Shown here: positions 37,225 through 51,850 of the stretch, one piece after another
Position numbering within the stretch: the first letter of the stretch is position 1
Layout of the letters: every line of letters begins with the position of its first letter
NCBI GenBank assembly: GCA_040954595.2
Contig: CM082584.2
Location: forward strand, 248,001 to 312,000
Source of the DNA: Balanoglossus misakiensis
Lineage: Eukaryota > Animalia > Hemichordata
Direction: 5' to 3'
Length of the DNA stretch: 64,000 nucleotides
The notes under the pieces: generated by a model
The model's database searches: none
Seen by the model: only the letters and a program-made list of their open reading frames with translations
What the model was told of the DNA's origin: nothing
Program-made: the position numbers and the translations under genes

Positions 37225-38229
37225 TTAACTTTCCTGCTTAGAACTATAGTAAATGTTCTCCTAAATTTTAAAATTTAGGATTATAATATAAGGCTCTGTA
37301 GTTATCTCATTTTTATATGTGGATGAGAACTGGCAACAGTTTTATAAACACCTTTATACAAATTTGAAGATGAAAACATATGAGTTCCTCTTACCCATGA
37401 TTTCTATATTTTTTGAAAGTTTTGATTTTGTGCTCAAAATTGTTTTCAACTTTCTTAAATTGCAGGAGGAACTTTCCATGTGATCTAGCCGACAGGACTT
37501 GTGGGAAAAAGTTGAAGATTACAGAAATAGATGTACATTATAGCAGCCGAGCTTTGAGCAGGGAAGTAAAATTTTTTATACGATGTACTTTATTGTTTTA
37601 CTTGACAGCTTAAATATTGCATAATTGGCAGATGGTGCAAAATTCTGGCTGCCTTTAATAGGTGTTCACTTTGTGCTAGGGGGTCAAATCACATTATAAT
37701 AATTGCATTCTGGGTAAAAAGTCGACAACTCACTGTAGTAAGAGATAGAATAAATGATATGTTTACTGTATGTTATGACTTTCTTTGGTCAAACATGTCT
37801 GTCTTTGTACTTAACATATCAAACTCATTAAACTTTTTTCACATTTTGTTATTTTTTCTGTTACAAAGATTCAGAAAGACTCAATATCACTTTAGCTCAT
37901 GAACTCCCATTTCTTAAACATGGCAAAAATCGGCCATCTTGAAATTGTGTCGACCATATTATGAGATTTTCATCACTCACTTAGGTAGCTTAAAACCTAT
38001 TTAAGGTAGGGAGGATTAAAAACGACATGGTAGGCATCTGCTTTTCAGTTTGGATTAACTTCATGATGTTCAAATGCAAATTACGGCAAAGAGGATGATC
38101 ACACCAGTCACGTTGAAATTGGAGCAGTAATATTCTTAAAATCAATGACAATTGAAAGACAAATGTAATATGAGAAAAACATGATTAGGAATAATAGGAT
38201 GAATAATAGGAGGATGATAATAAAATAAC

Positions 38230-38370
38230 TAAAAATAATGACTACAATGATGATGATGATAATGATGATTGTGATGATGATGATAATGATGATGATGATT
38301 ATAATGAGGATGATGATGACAATAATGATGATGAAGATGTTACAAAAACAGTAACAATGATGATGATGAT
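38230..38370. repeat. (GAT)n microsatellite
   Basis: Direct inspection. Confidence 0.9.
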
Positions 38371-39164
38371 TAGTTCTTTATATCTGTGTAAGAAAGACAC
38401 CAATAATAGTAGTTTCTGCAGAGCATATGTCAATGTGGTATTGTCTGGTTTTGGTGAATCTTCAGGATACTTTGAGACGCAATAGGTTGGAGAATGAATA
38501 TGTCTTGAGTGGTATAGGTGGTTAATATTTGTTTCTTAGTGGTCTTAATTTACTCCAGAATAATGGGTGTAATGTTGTATCTGTTACTAGCGTTAGCTTT
38601 GGCATTGTGGTTGTAGTGGTATAAAATAACAGAAATAATAATGTAAGTAAAGGTTTAATTTAACCATAAATATACGTTACACAGAGATGTATTTTCATCC
38701 AGACAATCAGTCACATTCATCTTAAATATTCGTCAGAATTGGTAGCCTAATGTTTATGCATAGTTCAAGTTTGCATTACATACTTTGTGATTCTGTGTAC
38801 AGAGTTTTGCAAAGCAAATGTGTTTGTACAAACCAGGGTAAAATGATCCTAGTACATAGAGCTGTTGGTGAAAATTTATGACTGGTATAGATATATATCA
38901 TTGATATGCCTGTTATTAAATGAATTAAATAAAGTTTTCTTTTTTTCTAGGAATGCACTTCATATGAATCCCTGTTGCCTCGTATCACTTTAATGTACAA
39001 ATGTAGCAGCCATTTTGCTTGACATGTAAAATATATCATGTAACGGGTTCGTCTGTGTTTCAGACAAAATGCATGCATGCAAATTTAAATACAGTTACCA
39101 TGGTAAATGGAGATCTGTACTAACTGGTACAGCAGTTTTAACCGTAACATAGCGGTGTTGAATA

Positions 39165-39650
39165 TGATAATACTGGTGGTGATAATAGTGATGACAATGA
39201 ATGTGAATCTGGTGGTACTGGTGATACTGATTAAGATAATAATGGTGGTGATGGTGATGATGATGGTGATGATGGTGATAATAATGGTGGTGATGGTGAT
39301 ACTGATGGTGATAATAGTGGTGGTGATGGTGATGATGATGATAATAATGGTGGTGATGGTGATGATGATGGTGATAATAATGGTGGTGATGGTGATACTG
39401 ATGGTGATAATAGTGGTGGTGATGGTGATAATGATGGTGATGATAGTGATAATAATGGTGATGATGGTGATAATGATGGTGATGATGGTGATAATAATGG
39501 TAGTGATGGTGATACTGATGGTGATGATGGTGATAATAATGGTGGTGATGGTGATAATGATGGTGATGATTGTGATATTGATGGTGATGGTGGTGATACT
39601 GATGGTGATGGTGATAATAATGGTTTAGATGGTGATACTGATGATGATGG

Positions 39651-39714
<64 letters not shown>
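39165..39714. repeat. (GATGGT/GAT)n compound microsatellite
   Basis: Direct inspection; source of spurious ORF 39107-39628. Confidence 0.95.
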
Positions 39715-39984
39715 ACTTATAAAAATAAAAATATCATACTCACATGTAATGACACAAAGCTTTGTAAATGGGTGATCTGCTGGGTGCAGTCATGCTCTCA
39801 GGTGTTTTTTATTAAAACTTGCACACATGTGGGTGTTCCCATTCTGACTTGGCCAGTCAGATTTGGGGATGTCATAACCTTGCACTCTCAAACATGAAAT
39901 ATCGTATAAGTAACCACGCACTCAGAAGTTTCTGATTTATCAAACTAGTTAATAATATTACACTATGGAATTTGTGGTGTTATA

Positions 39985-42870
39985 ACATGAACAGTGTTTC
40001 ACAATTGTAAACAAACAACCTGTGTGAAACCAGGGTGTTCTTATTGATAATGATGGGGGAAGGGGGTTGTCAGTGATTACAAATTTTTGTGTCAGGTACT
40101 GTAGCTTGATATGAGAACTTTAAACTAACCTGCAGTATTAAAATGCTGCACCATGATGTGATTAATTTCATTAATAATTTTACCAAGCATGTGTTCTTAA
40201 GGGAACAATGTCTCACAATCGTAAACAAACAACCTGTGTGAACCAATGTGTTCATAATGATGGGGTAGGGGGTTTCAGCTATTACAATTTTTTGTTTCAG
40301 GTACTGTAACTTGATATGAAAACTTTGAACTAATCTGCAGTATTAAAATGCTGCACCATGTTGTGTTGTACCATTAATAATTTTACTATGCTTGTGTTAT
40401 TAAGTGAACAGTGTTTCACAATCGTAAACGAACAGCCAGTGTGGTAATGATCGGGGGTGGGGGTTGTCAGGGGTGGGGGGTGTCAGCGATTACAAATTTT
40501 TGTTTCAGGTACTGTAGCTTGATATGAAAACTTTGAACTAATCTGCAGTATTAAATTGCTGCACCATGATGTGTTTTATCATTAATAATTTTGCCATGCT
40601 TGTCTTATTAAGTAAACAGTGTTTCACGATCATAAACAAACAATCTGTGTGAAACCAATGTGTTCTAATTGGTAATGATCGGGGGTGGGGGTTGTCAGTG
40701 ATTACAAATTTTTGTTTCAGGTACTGTAGCTTGATATGAAAACTTTGAACTAATCTGCAGTATTAAATTGCTGCACCATGATGTGTTTTATCATTAATAA
40801 TTCTACTATGCTTGTGTTAATTAAGTGAACAGTGTTTCACGAATGTAAACAAGTAACCAACGTGAAACCAAGGTGTTTCAATTGGTAATGATCGGGTGTG
40901 GGAGGTGTCAGGGTTGGGGGGTGTAAGTGATTACAATTTTTTGTTTCAGGTACTGTAGCTTGATATGAAAACCTTGAACTAATCTGCAGTATTAAATGCT
41001 GCACCATGATGGGTTTTATCATTAAAAATTTTACCATGCTTGTGTTAATTAAGTGAACAGTGTTTCACAATCGTAAACAAACAACCTGTGTGAAACCATG
41101 GTGTTCTAATTGGTAATGATCGGGGGTGGGGGGTGTCAGGGTTGGGGGGTGTAAGTGAATACAATTTTTTGTTTCAGGTACTGTAGCTTGATATGAAAAC
41201 TTTGAACTAATCTGCAGTATTAAAATGCTGCACCATGATGTGTTTTATCATTAATAATTCTACTATGCTTGTGTTAATTAAGTGAACAGTGTTTCACAAT
41301 CGTAAACAAACAACCTGTGTGAAACCAAGTGTTCAAATTGATAATGATTGGGGGAGGGGGGTGTCAGCGATAATAAATTTTTGTTTCAGGTACTGTTGCT
41401 TGATATGAAAACCTTGAACTAATCTGCAGTATTAAAATGCTGCACCATAATGTGTTTTATCATTAATAATTTGATTATGCTTGTGTTCTTAAGTGAACAG
41501 TGTTTCACAATCGTAAACAAACAACCTGTGTGAACCAAGGTGTTCATCATGATCGGGGGTGGGGGTGTCAGTGATCACAAATTTTTGTTTCAGGTACTGT
41601 AGCTTGATATGAAAACTTTGAACTAACCTGCAGTATTAATTAAAATGCTGCACCATATTTAGTGAACAGTGTTTCACAATCATAAACAAACAACCTATGT
41701 GAAACCAAGCGTTCTAATTGATAATGATGGGGGGAGGGGGATGTTAGTGATCACAAATTTTTGTGTCAGGTACTGTAGCTTGATATGAAAACCTTGAACT
41801 AATCTGCAGTATTAAAATGCTGCACCATAATGTGTTTAATCATTAATAATTTGACTATGCTTGTGTTCTTAAGTGAACAGTGTTTCACAATCGTAAACAA
41901 ACAACCTGTGTGAACCAAGGTGTTCATCATGATCGGGGGTGGGGGGTGTCAGGGGAGGGGGGTGTCAGTGATTACAAATTTTTGTTTCAGGTACTGTAGC
42001 TTGATATGAAAAGTTTGACCTAACCTGCAGTATTAAAATGCTGCACCATATTTAGTGAACAGTGTCTCACAATCGTAAACAAACAACCTGTGTGAAACCA
42101 AGTGTTCAAATTGATAATGATGGGGGGAGGGGGGTGTCAGCCATAATAAATTTTTGTTTCAGGTACTGTAGCTTGATATGAAAACCTTGAACTAATCTGC
42201 AGTATTAAAATGCTGCACCATAATGTGTTTTATCATTAATAATTTGACTATGCTTGTGTTCTTAAGTGAACAGTGTTTCACAATCGTAAACAAACAACCT
42301 GTGTGAAACCAAGTGTTCTAATTGATAATGATGGGGGGTGGGGGGTGTCAGGGGTGGGGGGTGTAAGAGATTACAAAGTTTTGTTTCAGGTACTGTAGCT
42401 TGATATGAAAACCTTGAACTAATCTGCAGTATTAAAATGCTGCACCATAATGTGTTTTATCATTAATAATTTGACTATGCTTGTGTTCTTAAGTGAACAG
42501 TGTTTCACAATCGTAAACAAACAACCTGTGTGAAACCAAGTGTTCTAATTGATAATGATGGGGGGTGGGGGTGTCAGGGGTGGGGGGTGTAAGAGATTAC
42601 AAAGTTTTGTTTCAGGTACTGTAGCTTGATATGAAAACTTTGAACTAACCTGCAGTATTAATAAAATGCTGCACCATGATGTGTTTTATCATTAATAATT
42701 TTACTATGCTTGTGTTATTAAGTGAACAGTGTTTCACAATCGTAAACAAATAACCTGTGTGAACCAAGGTGTTCATAATGATGGGGGTGGGGGTGCCAGC
42801 GATTCATAATGATGGGGGTGTCAGTGATTACAAATTTTTGTTTCAGGTACTGTAGCTTGATATGAAAACT
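39985..42870. repeat. Satellite array, about 14 units of 170-230 bp
   Basis: Core caggtactgtagcttgatatgaaaactttgaactaatctgcagtatt occurs 14 times; G-rich spacer of variable length. Confidence 0.95.
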
Positions 42871-43399
42871 TCCAGACAGTGTTTGCATTGAACCGGTAAT
42901 TGTGATCACAATTGATGTGTCTCAAATGCATGATTTCTTTCCAGATTAAATAATATGATATAACATTGCATTGTATAACATTTATGTTCCAGATCTGTAT
43001 TTAATTGTGTTTTAATACCATCCAGTCAGTTTCACCAACAGCTCATTGTCTAAATTCCCCCTTTTCATCAGTGAAGTTAGCACTCGTTTGAAAATTGGAA
43101 AATAATTTACATAACATGGCTGTTTTGGAAATTGCAGTACTTTAGTAAAAGAACATTCAGAATTACTGGTGTATAATGTCAGCTATGCGTTTAAAAAAAT
43201 TGCCATTTGAAATTTTAATATTATAATATTCTTAGACTTAAAAATTTACAAACTGATAATAATAAACATATAATATTTTAGAGTATAATACAATCACCTC
43301 AGCTAGATTAACAAACTAGTGACTTTGTAGAATGCTGTTGGTTGACAGTTTCTGATTTTCATGGGTCATTCAACATTTTGATTTTATTTCTGTTAATGT

Positions 43400-43496
43400 T
43401 GGTGATGGTGTTGGCAGTTTTGATGTTAATTGTTATTGCTAGTTGTTATGGTGATGGCATTGATGGTTGTACTGATGTTGATGACGGTTGTGATGG

Positions 43497-43534
<38 letters not shown>

Positions 43535-43606
43535 GTGATGATGATGGCAATGATGGTGATGATGATGATGATTATGATGATGATGATGATGATGATGATA
43601 ATGATA
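43400..43606. repeat. (GAT)n microsatellite
   Basis: Direct inspection. Confidence 0.9.
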
Positions 43607-44212
43607 AATAAGAAATGTGTTGTTTTCTCATTAATCCTCAGCCATGGAACTTAAATATTCTGCTGAATTTGTATTGATTAGTAGGCTTAGCTTTAAGTGA
43701 TAATTTAGTACTTATGTCTGATGATTTTAGGGAATAACTTTTGAAAACTACATTAATAATTTTGCAGTTTTTATCACTGTGTATTTTTCTTAAACCCACA
43801 ACTGGGCATAAATTGTAATGGCAATTTTCCAGTAAGGAGCTAAACCCAGTGAATGGTATAGTTTAGCAATTACAATGTACATAATATATAGACAGGTGAT
43901 AATTACAGGAATAATTTTAAATTTGTAGAAATTTAGTCCCCCATAATGATTAGTTGACTGAGTACCGGTCCATGTTTCTCCCATAGAAATATAAATATTT
44001 TCACATTTTGTTAGTCTATTGGATAAATAAATAAGTTTATCAGATCCTAGAGTTTTACAATGGTTAATGTACATCAGATAGCTAACTACCCACCAGATTA
44101 AAAGGGAAAATACAATGTAAGTGTACCATAGGTAACATTAAACTCAACCAGTCTATGATAATCAATTAATATTTACTATTTATTATTTGTTGCAGGTGTT
44201 GGGGATTGTTAG

Positions 44213-44922
44213 CAGCCAAGTTGGAGTTCATAGCAGTTAGTTATAATTGTCTATTTACACGTTTTTTCTCATTAGTTTCAGATTTCCATGATGCCCAATA
44301 TCCTCCTGTCCAGATGCCAAGTTGGTAACCAGGTAACATGATTCCTATGGTGTGAGTATGCAAATTAATGGCTCATGGCTTGCAGTCATGTGACATCTCC
44401 ATGTCTCTTGTGATTTCCTGGACACGTTGCCCTAGTCGCCTTGAAACCAGAAACGACTGAGCACCCAACGAGAAATAATTATAGATTGGAGCCAAGTTGA
44501 AGTTCATAGCAGTCAGTAATAATTGTCTATTTACACAAATTTTCTCATTAGTTTCAGATTACCATGATGCCCAATATCCTCCTGTCCAGATGCCAAGTTG
44601 GTAACCGGGTAACATGATTCCTATGGTGTGAGTATGCAAATAAATGGCTCATGGCTTGCAGTCATGTGACATCTCCGTGTCTCTTGTGTTATCCTGGACA
44701 CTTTGCACTAGTCGCCTTTGAACCAGAAACAACTGAGCACCCAACGAGAAATAATTATGGATTGGAGCCAAGTTGAAGGTCATAGCAGTCAGTTATAATT
44801 GTCTATTTACACAATTTTGTCTCATTAGTTTCAGATTTTAATGATGCCCAATATCCTCCTGTCCAGATGCCAAGTTGGTAACCAGGTAACATGATTCCTG
44901 TGGTGTGAGTATGCAAATTAAA
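44213..44922. repeat. About 277-bp tandem repeat x2.6
   Basis: Units begin agccaagttg at about 44213, 44490 and 44766. Confidence 0.9.
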
Positions 44923-44954
44923 TTTGAGTAACCAGCCATTGAAGTACATTACAT

Positions 44955-47180
44955 TCATGAAGACAGGAGATCATCTCTGTCCATAGATATATTTTACCAT
45001 TATGTTGTTTGACACAGAAATACTTATTAGCATATTTTCCATTTTTTGCAGAAAGGGGTATCTAGCTGTTGATCAAAATCTGCCAAACTAGATGTATATT
45101 CAAGCCTGTAAAGCAGTACAGTAGTTTGCAAGGGTAACATAAGATAATTATTGTTCTTCTAAGATTTCCTTTACCCCATAGATGACAGCATAGAATTTAA
45201 TTGCTCATTTTGGAGGGCAGTGTGTGACTTATTGTATTGTCCATCCAGGAGATTATCCTTACATTTTACTGCCTTATTTTTTGACACTAAAATACTGTCA
45301 TATTTTCCATTTTTGTAGATAATAGTTTCTCTCTGGTGATCAACATTGATGATCTGTCGAACTGGATGTGTGTACACATCTTGGTATTACTCGATCTTTC
45401 CGCAGCATTTGACACTGTGAACCATACCATTTTACTCAATCGCTTAAGAGACCGCTTCGGTCTCTCAGATACTGTTCTCATGTGGTTTAAGTCTTACCTT
45501 TCCAATCGTAGTCAGTGTGTACTTGTAAATTCCACCCAATCACCTTTCTATCCGCTCGACTCTGGGGTACCACAGGGATCAGTTCTTGGTCCCATACTTT
45601 TCAATATGTACACGTCTCCATTAGGTGAATTAGTTCAAAGTCATGGTTGTCTTTATAGTTTTTTATGCAGATGACTCTTCACTTTATATGTCTTTTAGTA
45701 AAGACAACGCAGCAAGAACTGTTTCAAATCTTGAACTTTGTATTTCTGATGTTAGGTTTTGGATGTCTGAAAACTTCTTGTGCTTAAACGATGATAAGAC
45801 TGAATTTGTTATTTTCTCTGGTATTTTGGGTGATCTGTCTGCTAGAGGGATTTCAGAAATTCGTGTTGGCGATTCTCTGATTCCCGTCCATTGTCAGGCC
45901 AAGAGCCTTGGAGTGATCCTTGACTCTTGTCTGACAATGAAGCCACATATTGGACAGATCTGCCGCTCTGCCACTTTTAATTTACGTCGCATTGCGCTTA
46001 TCCGCAAATATTTATCTCATTCAGCTACAGAGCAATTAGTTCATGCATTCATTACGTCTCGAATTGATTCATGTAATTCACTTTTATTTGGGCTCCCGAA
46101 GTATTCAATCAACCGTATCCAACGCGTTCAGAATATTGCTGCTAGAATTGTAACTCGTTCTAAAATCACCTGTCACATCACTCCAATTTTGTATCAGTTG
46201 CACTGGCTACCTGTTACAGAGCGTATTGTTTTTAAGATGTTAGTTCTCATTTTTAAATCCATTCATAAACTTGGTCCAATCTATCTTTCTAGCATGACTA
46301 ATCTATATGTTCCATGTCGCAATTTAAGGTCAGCTGATCAGTTCAAACTCTGCCCTGTTCGATCACGCACCAAGAGTTATGGTGATCGTGCTTTTACTGT
46401 TGCTGCTCCAATTCTTTGGAATAATCTTCCACTCACCATTCGCCAGGCACCAGACTTATCTGTTTTTAAATCAAATGTTAAAACTTTACTTTTTAAATCT
46501 GTTTTTTAGCCATTTGTTGTATTGTACTTTTGCTTTAAGCGTCATTGATCACATTTTTTGTGGATACTGACGCTATACAAATAAATTATTATTATTATTA
46601 TTATTACATGCCTGTATTGCAGCCAATTGGTGTCTGAGGGTAACATATAAGATAATTCTTTTTCTCCTAAAGATTTCCTAGACCCCATAGATGAATGCAT
46701 ATAATTTAATTGCTCATTTTGGAGGGCAGTGTGTGACTTATTGTATTGTCCATCCAGGAGATCATCTGTCCATACATTTTACTGTCATGTTTTTTGACAC
46801 TAAAATACTTTGTCATATTTTCCATTTTTGCAGATAATGGTTTCTCTCTGGTGATCAACATTGATCTGTCGAACTGGATGTGTGTACATGCCTGTATTGC
46901 AGCCAAGTGGTGTCTGAGGGTAACATAAGATAATTCTTATTCTGTTAAAGATTTCCTAGACGCCATGGATGACAGCATAGAATTTAATTGCTCATTTGGA
47001 GGCCCCTGTACAACGTATTGTATTGTTCATGAAGACAGGAGATCATCTCTGTCCATATAGTTACATTTTGCCGTGCTGTTTGACACAGAAATACTTATTG
47101 GCATATTTTTCATTTTTGCAGATAACAGTCACTGGTCCCTGTGATGAGTAATGTCTATCAACATAGATCTGTGCATGCTT
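44955..47180. repeat. Diverged about 280-bp tandem repeat interrupted by a LINE
   Basis: Recurring gggtaacataagataatt...tttaattgctcatttt...caggagat blocks on both sides of 45377-46606. Confidence 0.8.
45377..46606 (+). mobile_element. 5'-truncated L2/CR1-group LINE (RT C-terminal half), one frameshift, (ATT)n tail
   Basis: LLDLSAAFDTVNH, GVPQGSVLGPILF, YADD, LHWLPV, GDRAF..AAP.LWNNLP; frameshift in a T-run near 45660; short 3' UTR and (att)n tail. Confidence 0.92.
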
Positions 47181-48599
47181 GTACCGGTATAGCCGCCAAG
47201 CACTTCAAAGGTAACATAGCATTAACCTTACGGGCCACTGATAATAAAAGTCGATGCATTCCTTCATTTTACTTGATAGCAAGCCCCCCCCCCCTACTTG
47301 ATAGCAACCCCCCCCACCCCACCCCCTGAAATGCTCCTATACACATCCATATTATATAAAAACACTGGAAGTGCACATGGTCGGTATATACTGTGTGCTT
47401 CAGTCGGGATAAATATTCATCCAGCAATGCATGATGAACTGGGTCTGATTTTATAGCATTTATGCCCACAGCTGGTCTTTCCACTTATTCATAATTACTG
47501 TACAGAGAGAGGAGTCAACGCCATACTCGGAATACTGTAACTGATGTCCAATCCATCCTATTGCTTTCTCTTCCAATATGCATTCAACCAGTTCATTGCC
47601 TGATGAAAAACAGCTGATTTTTTAACTTGTAGTTTCGCGGACTTCAATTCACTCTTTTGACGCGGGCTTATCTTCATTTGGTAGAGTTTTAAGGGAGTGT
47701 CACGCCAGACAAAAATACAAAAGTGGGGCCCAAGTGTGTTCTACCACCATATTACATAGTGATCAAGAAGTGACCTGATCAGATGTTGTCACATCCTGGG
47801 CCCCTTTTTTACCCATGTTCAGTGTTTGACAGGAGCATATTTTCCTTTCTGTGTGAATGTTGAATGTCTCTTATTTGCTGTAATCAATCAATCAATACAA
47901 GGTGAGTGTTATGTCGTCTTTCTGTGCATAGGCAAGAAGAGGATACATGTATGAATGCAGAAGCCCCAGTGAATCGGATGCAGAGAAGTTTCCTTCCAGG
48001 ATGACTTTATTTTACTGACTTTGATTCCATCGTCATTCCAAGAATAGAACTTCTCCCACGGGACGAAATTGAACATTAATCAATCCCTTCCTCATTTATA
48101 TGATCTGTATTACAAATGTATTATTCTGATAGCATTTTTTGTCATTGTGTCAGAGAGAGAGGGTTTAAGTAGGTTAAAACTAAATTGTACACTTCAGTTT
48201 GCCAACACTGCTAAATTATCACCATGATTTATTCAGCATAACCTGAAGGTTGTTGAATCCTATAGGCACAATAAGCATTGCATGTAGCAAGCACTTAGTG
48301 TAAATTTACGTTAATTGCACAGGGTACAGCAGCCTTCAGGGGTTTACTGTTTAGCTTTGTAGCATAATTGCACCCACATATAAAGAAAAAGTCAAGTTAA
48401 GATATTAAAGCCGAATGGTAAACAGAATATAAAGGGTTTACAGCATTAGTCCTGTATTGACACAGAAAGCAAATATGACAATGAACAGTTGACCAACATT
48501 GAACATTTTTTGACTGGCTCTCTCTCTCTCTCTCTATAAACTTGGACGGTCATTTTTCCAGAATGTACTGGATATAGGCATGATTTACTAGTATTGTAC

Positions 48600-48861
48600 A
48601 TTTATTCATCCATCCATCCATTCATTCATACATACATACATACATACATACATACATACATACATACATTTATTCATTCATTCATTCACTCGTTCATTCA
48701 TTCATTTATTTATATATTTATTTGTGTCGTTGTATGTTTGCATGTACCCGTGTATGTGTGTGTGTATGTATGTATGCATGTATGTATGTATGTATGTATG
48801 TATGTATGTATGTATGTATGTATGTATGTATGTATGTATGTATGTATGTATGTATGTATGT

Positions 48862-48941
<80 letters not shown>

Positions 48942-48945
48942 TGTA

Positions 48946-48988
<43 letters not shown>

Positions 48989-49010
48989 ATGTATGTATGT
49001 ATGTATGTAT
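48600..49010. repeat. Compound microsatellite (CATA/TTCA/TATG/TA/TGTC)
   Basis: Direct inspection. Confidence 0.95.
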
Positions 49011-49049
49011 ATTTTCAAAATTGTTGGATGCCTCGGAGTACTCTCTGTG

Positions 49050-49690
49050 TTGTGTTTTCAAATTCCTATTCGAATTGTCGACATTTTTGGGTGTCTGTGA
49101 CTACTCTCTCGTCACATTCTGGCCTCTGTGTTTGCTGTAGTTGTGTTTTCGAATTCTTATTCGAATTGTCGACATTTTTGGGTGTCTGTGGCTACTCTCT
49201 CGTCACATTCTGGCCTCTGTGTTTGCCGTGGTTGTGTTTTCGAATTCATATTCGAATTGTCGACATTTTTGGGTGTCTGTGACTACTCTCTCGTCACATT
49301 CTGGCCTCTGTGTTTGCCGTGGTTGTGTTTTCGAATTCATATTCGAATTGTCAACATTTTTGGGTGTCTGTGACTACATCTCGTCACATTTTGGCCTCTG
49401 TGTTTGCCGTGGTTGTGTTTTCGAATTCTTATTCGAATTGTCGACATTTTTGGGTGTCTGTGACTACATCTCGTCACATTTTGGCCTCTGTGTTTGCCGT
49501 AGTTGTGTTTTCGAATTCATATTCGAATTGTCAACATTTTTGGGTGTCTGTGACTACTCTCTCGTCACATTCTGGCCTCTGTGTTTGCCGTGGTTGTGTT
49601 TTCGAATTCATATTCGAATTGTCGACATTTTTGGGTGTCTGTGACTACTCTCTCATCACATTCTGGCCTCTGTGTTTGCCGTGGTTGTGT
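49050..49690. repeat. 89-91 bp satellite x7
   Basis: Unit tgtgttttcgaattcatattcgaattgtcgacatttttgggtgtctgtgactactctctcgtcacattctggcctctgtgtttgccgtggt. Confidence 0.95.
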
Positions 49691-50449
49691 TCTTTCCGCG
49701 CCTAGGATGTTTTTGGTCATCTGATGAAGCTGGTTCTCTACAAGATCCCAAGAATCCCAAGATTGCAGTCCGTCTTCAAGCAATTTATGTTTTTGCGCGC
49801 GCGCGCGTGCATCTGTCGCTTGCTCCGTTGTACTTTCCCATATTATAAATAAAGAATACGGTATGTATGTGTGTGCATTTTAAAATTTTTAGGATTTTAT
49901 TATCTGTCTGTGTTCTTTTTCCTATGTTTTTAGGGTATGTCTTTAATGAATTTTTCCAATGGCTATAACAGATGAGAAGGTTTCAATTGCAATATGTTTT
50001 ATAATACCATAGTTTAGCATGACTAACTTAATTTCATGATGAGAAAAATATTTCAATAAATACTTCAAGTCCTCTAAAACATGCAATAGATCCTTCAAGT
50101 CCAGTGTAGTTTCCTGGGATCAGTTCATTAGTTGGGGTTTTTTTGTTTGCGTAGTATTCAACAGTTAGATATGTTGGTATATCTATTTTATGGTCACGTC
50201 TTGCCCACTGAGTCTGTCGATAATCAATAGATTTTCCCCGCATTGCTAGCGAGTCCCACACAACGACGGCCCCAATCAACAGACTCAGTGCACAAGTAGG
50301 TTCTTTAATATTACCTTAATGATTTTGCCTTTACTTGACATAATTAAGTATTTTCATATCACACTTTTAATGCATTTGCATCGTTGCATGTATATGCATT
50401 GTGTGATTACTAGGTTTATAGTGCTTTGATTTTTGATGATTTTTTTTCT

Positions 50450-51850
50450 TTTTAAATACATAAATAATGTGTTTGCAGTAGCCATATAGGCATAATTGTT
50501 TTTTTTTGGCGGGGGGGGGGGGGGTATATTGGTGAATTTGCTCTTAAATTGAATAGCATTGAGCCTATGCAACATGGCTTACAGGCAACACATTATTTAA
50601 ACTTTGTGGACAATAAAAAAACTTCACATTGTGGAGTTTTCTTTATTTTATACACTTTTAGTTTTGAGTTATTTAAACGCACATCTTTAGCCTTTTTCCT
50701 CAATGTTCGAGGGTCTTTAATGAACTTTTTTCCAATGGCTGTATCAGACGAGGTAATTTGCTTTGGCTTGACATTGCCAAGTATTTATGCATCGTCTGAG
50801 TGTTTGCAGTCCTTTGATTTTATTGATGAAAATTTCCTTTATAAGAACATAAATAATGTGTTTGCAGAAGCCATGTATTCATAATTGTTTTGTTTTGATT
50901 GTATTTTTTTTGGGGGGGGGGGGGCAGTAAATTCGCTAAAAAATTGAATGGCATGGAGATCATGCATCGTGGGTTACAGTCAACACATTATTTACAATGA
51001 TATACTTCTGTTTAAGAAGTTTTATACACATTCAGTTTTCAGTTATTTTACATTTTAACATTCCTCTTTTTCCTCAATTTAAGAGGGTCTTTCACATTTT
51101 CAAGTGACTTTATCAGATAAGATTTTAATTTGCTAAATAATGTGTTTGCAGAAGCCATAAATTCATAATTGTTTTGTTTGTATTTCGGGGGGAGGGTAGT
51201 AAATCAGTAAATTTGCTCATAAATTGAATGGCATGGAGATCATGCATCATGGCTTGCAGGCAACACATTATTTACAATGATATACTTCTTTTCAAGAAGT
51301 TTTCTCTATTTTATACACATTTAGTTTTCAGTTATTTTACATTTGAACATTCTTTTTTTCCTTAATTTAAGAGGGTCTTTCACATTTTCAAGTGACTTTA
51401 TCAGATAAGATTTTAATTTGCTAAATAATGTGTTTGCAGAAGCCATATATTCATAATTGTTATGTTTGTATTTCGGGGGGAGGGTAGTAAATCAGTAAAA
51501 ATGCTCATAAATTGAATGGCATGGAGATCATGCATCATGGCTTACAGGCAACACATTATTTACAATGATATACTTCTTTTTAAGAAGTTTTATACACATT
51601 CAGTTTTCAGTTATTTTACATTTTAACATTCCTCTTTTTCCTCAATTTAAGAGGGTCTTTCACATTTTCAAGTGACTTTATCAGATAAGATTTTAATTTG
51701 CTAAATAATGAGTTTGCAGAAGCCATATATTCATAATTGTTTTGTTTTGTTTGTATTTCTGGGGGAGGGTAGTAAATCAGTAAATTCGCTCATAAATTGA
51801 ATGGCATGGAGATCATGCATCATGGCTTACAGGCAACACATTATTTACAC
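50450..51850. repeat. About 285-bp tandem repeat (three homogeneous units plus diverged ones)
   Basis: aaataatgtgtttgcagaagccat...gcatggagatcatgcatc recurring near 50460, 50850, 51135, 51423 and 51703. Confidence 0.88.

Noticed and set aside
39107-39628. 173-aa hydrophobic M/V/I ORF (also 43342-43654 and 48594-49705)
   Set aside because: Translations of microsatellites and satellites.
49050-49690. CRISPR-like regular repeats with internal palindromes
   Set aside because: Whole 90-bp units repeat with no unique spacers, the context is eukaryotic and there are no cas genes; this is a satellite.
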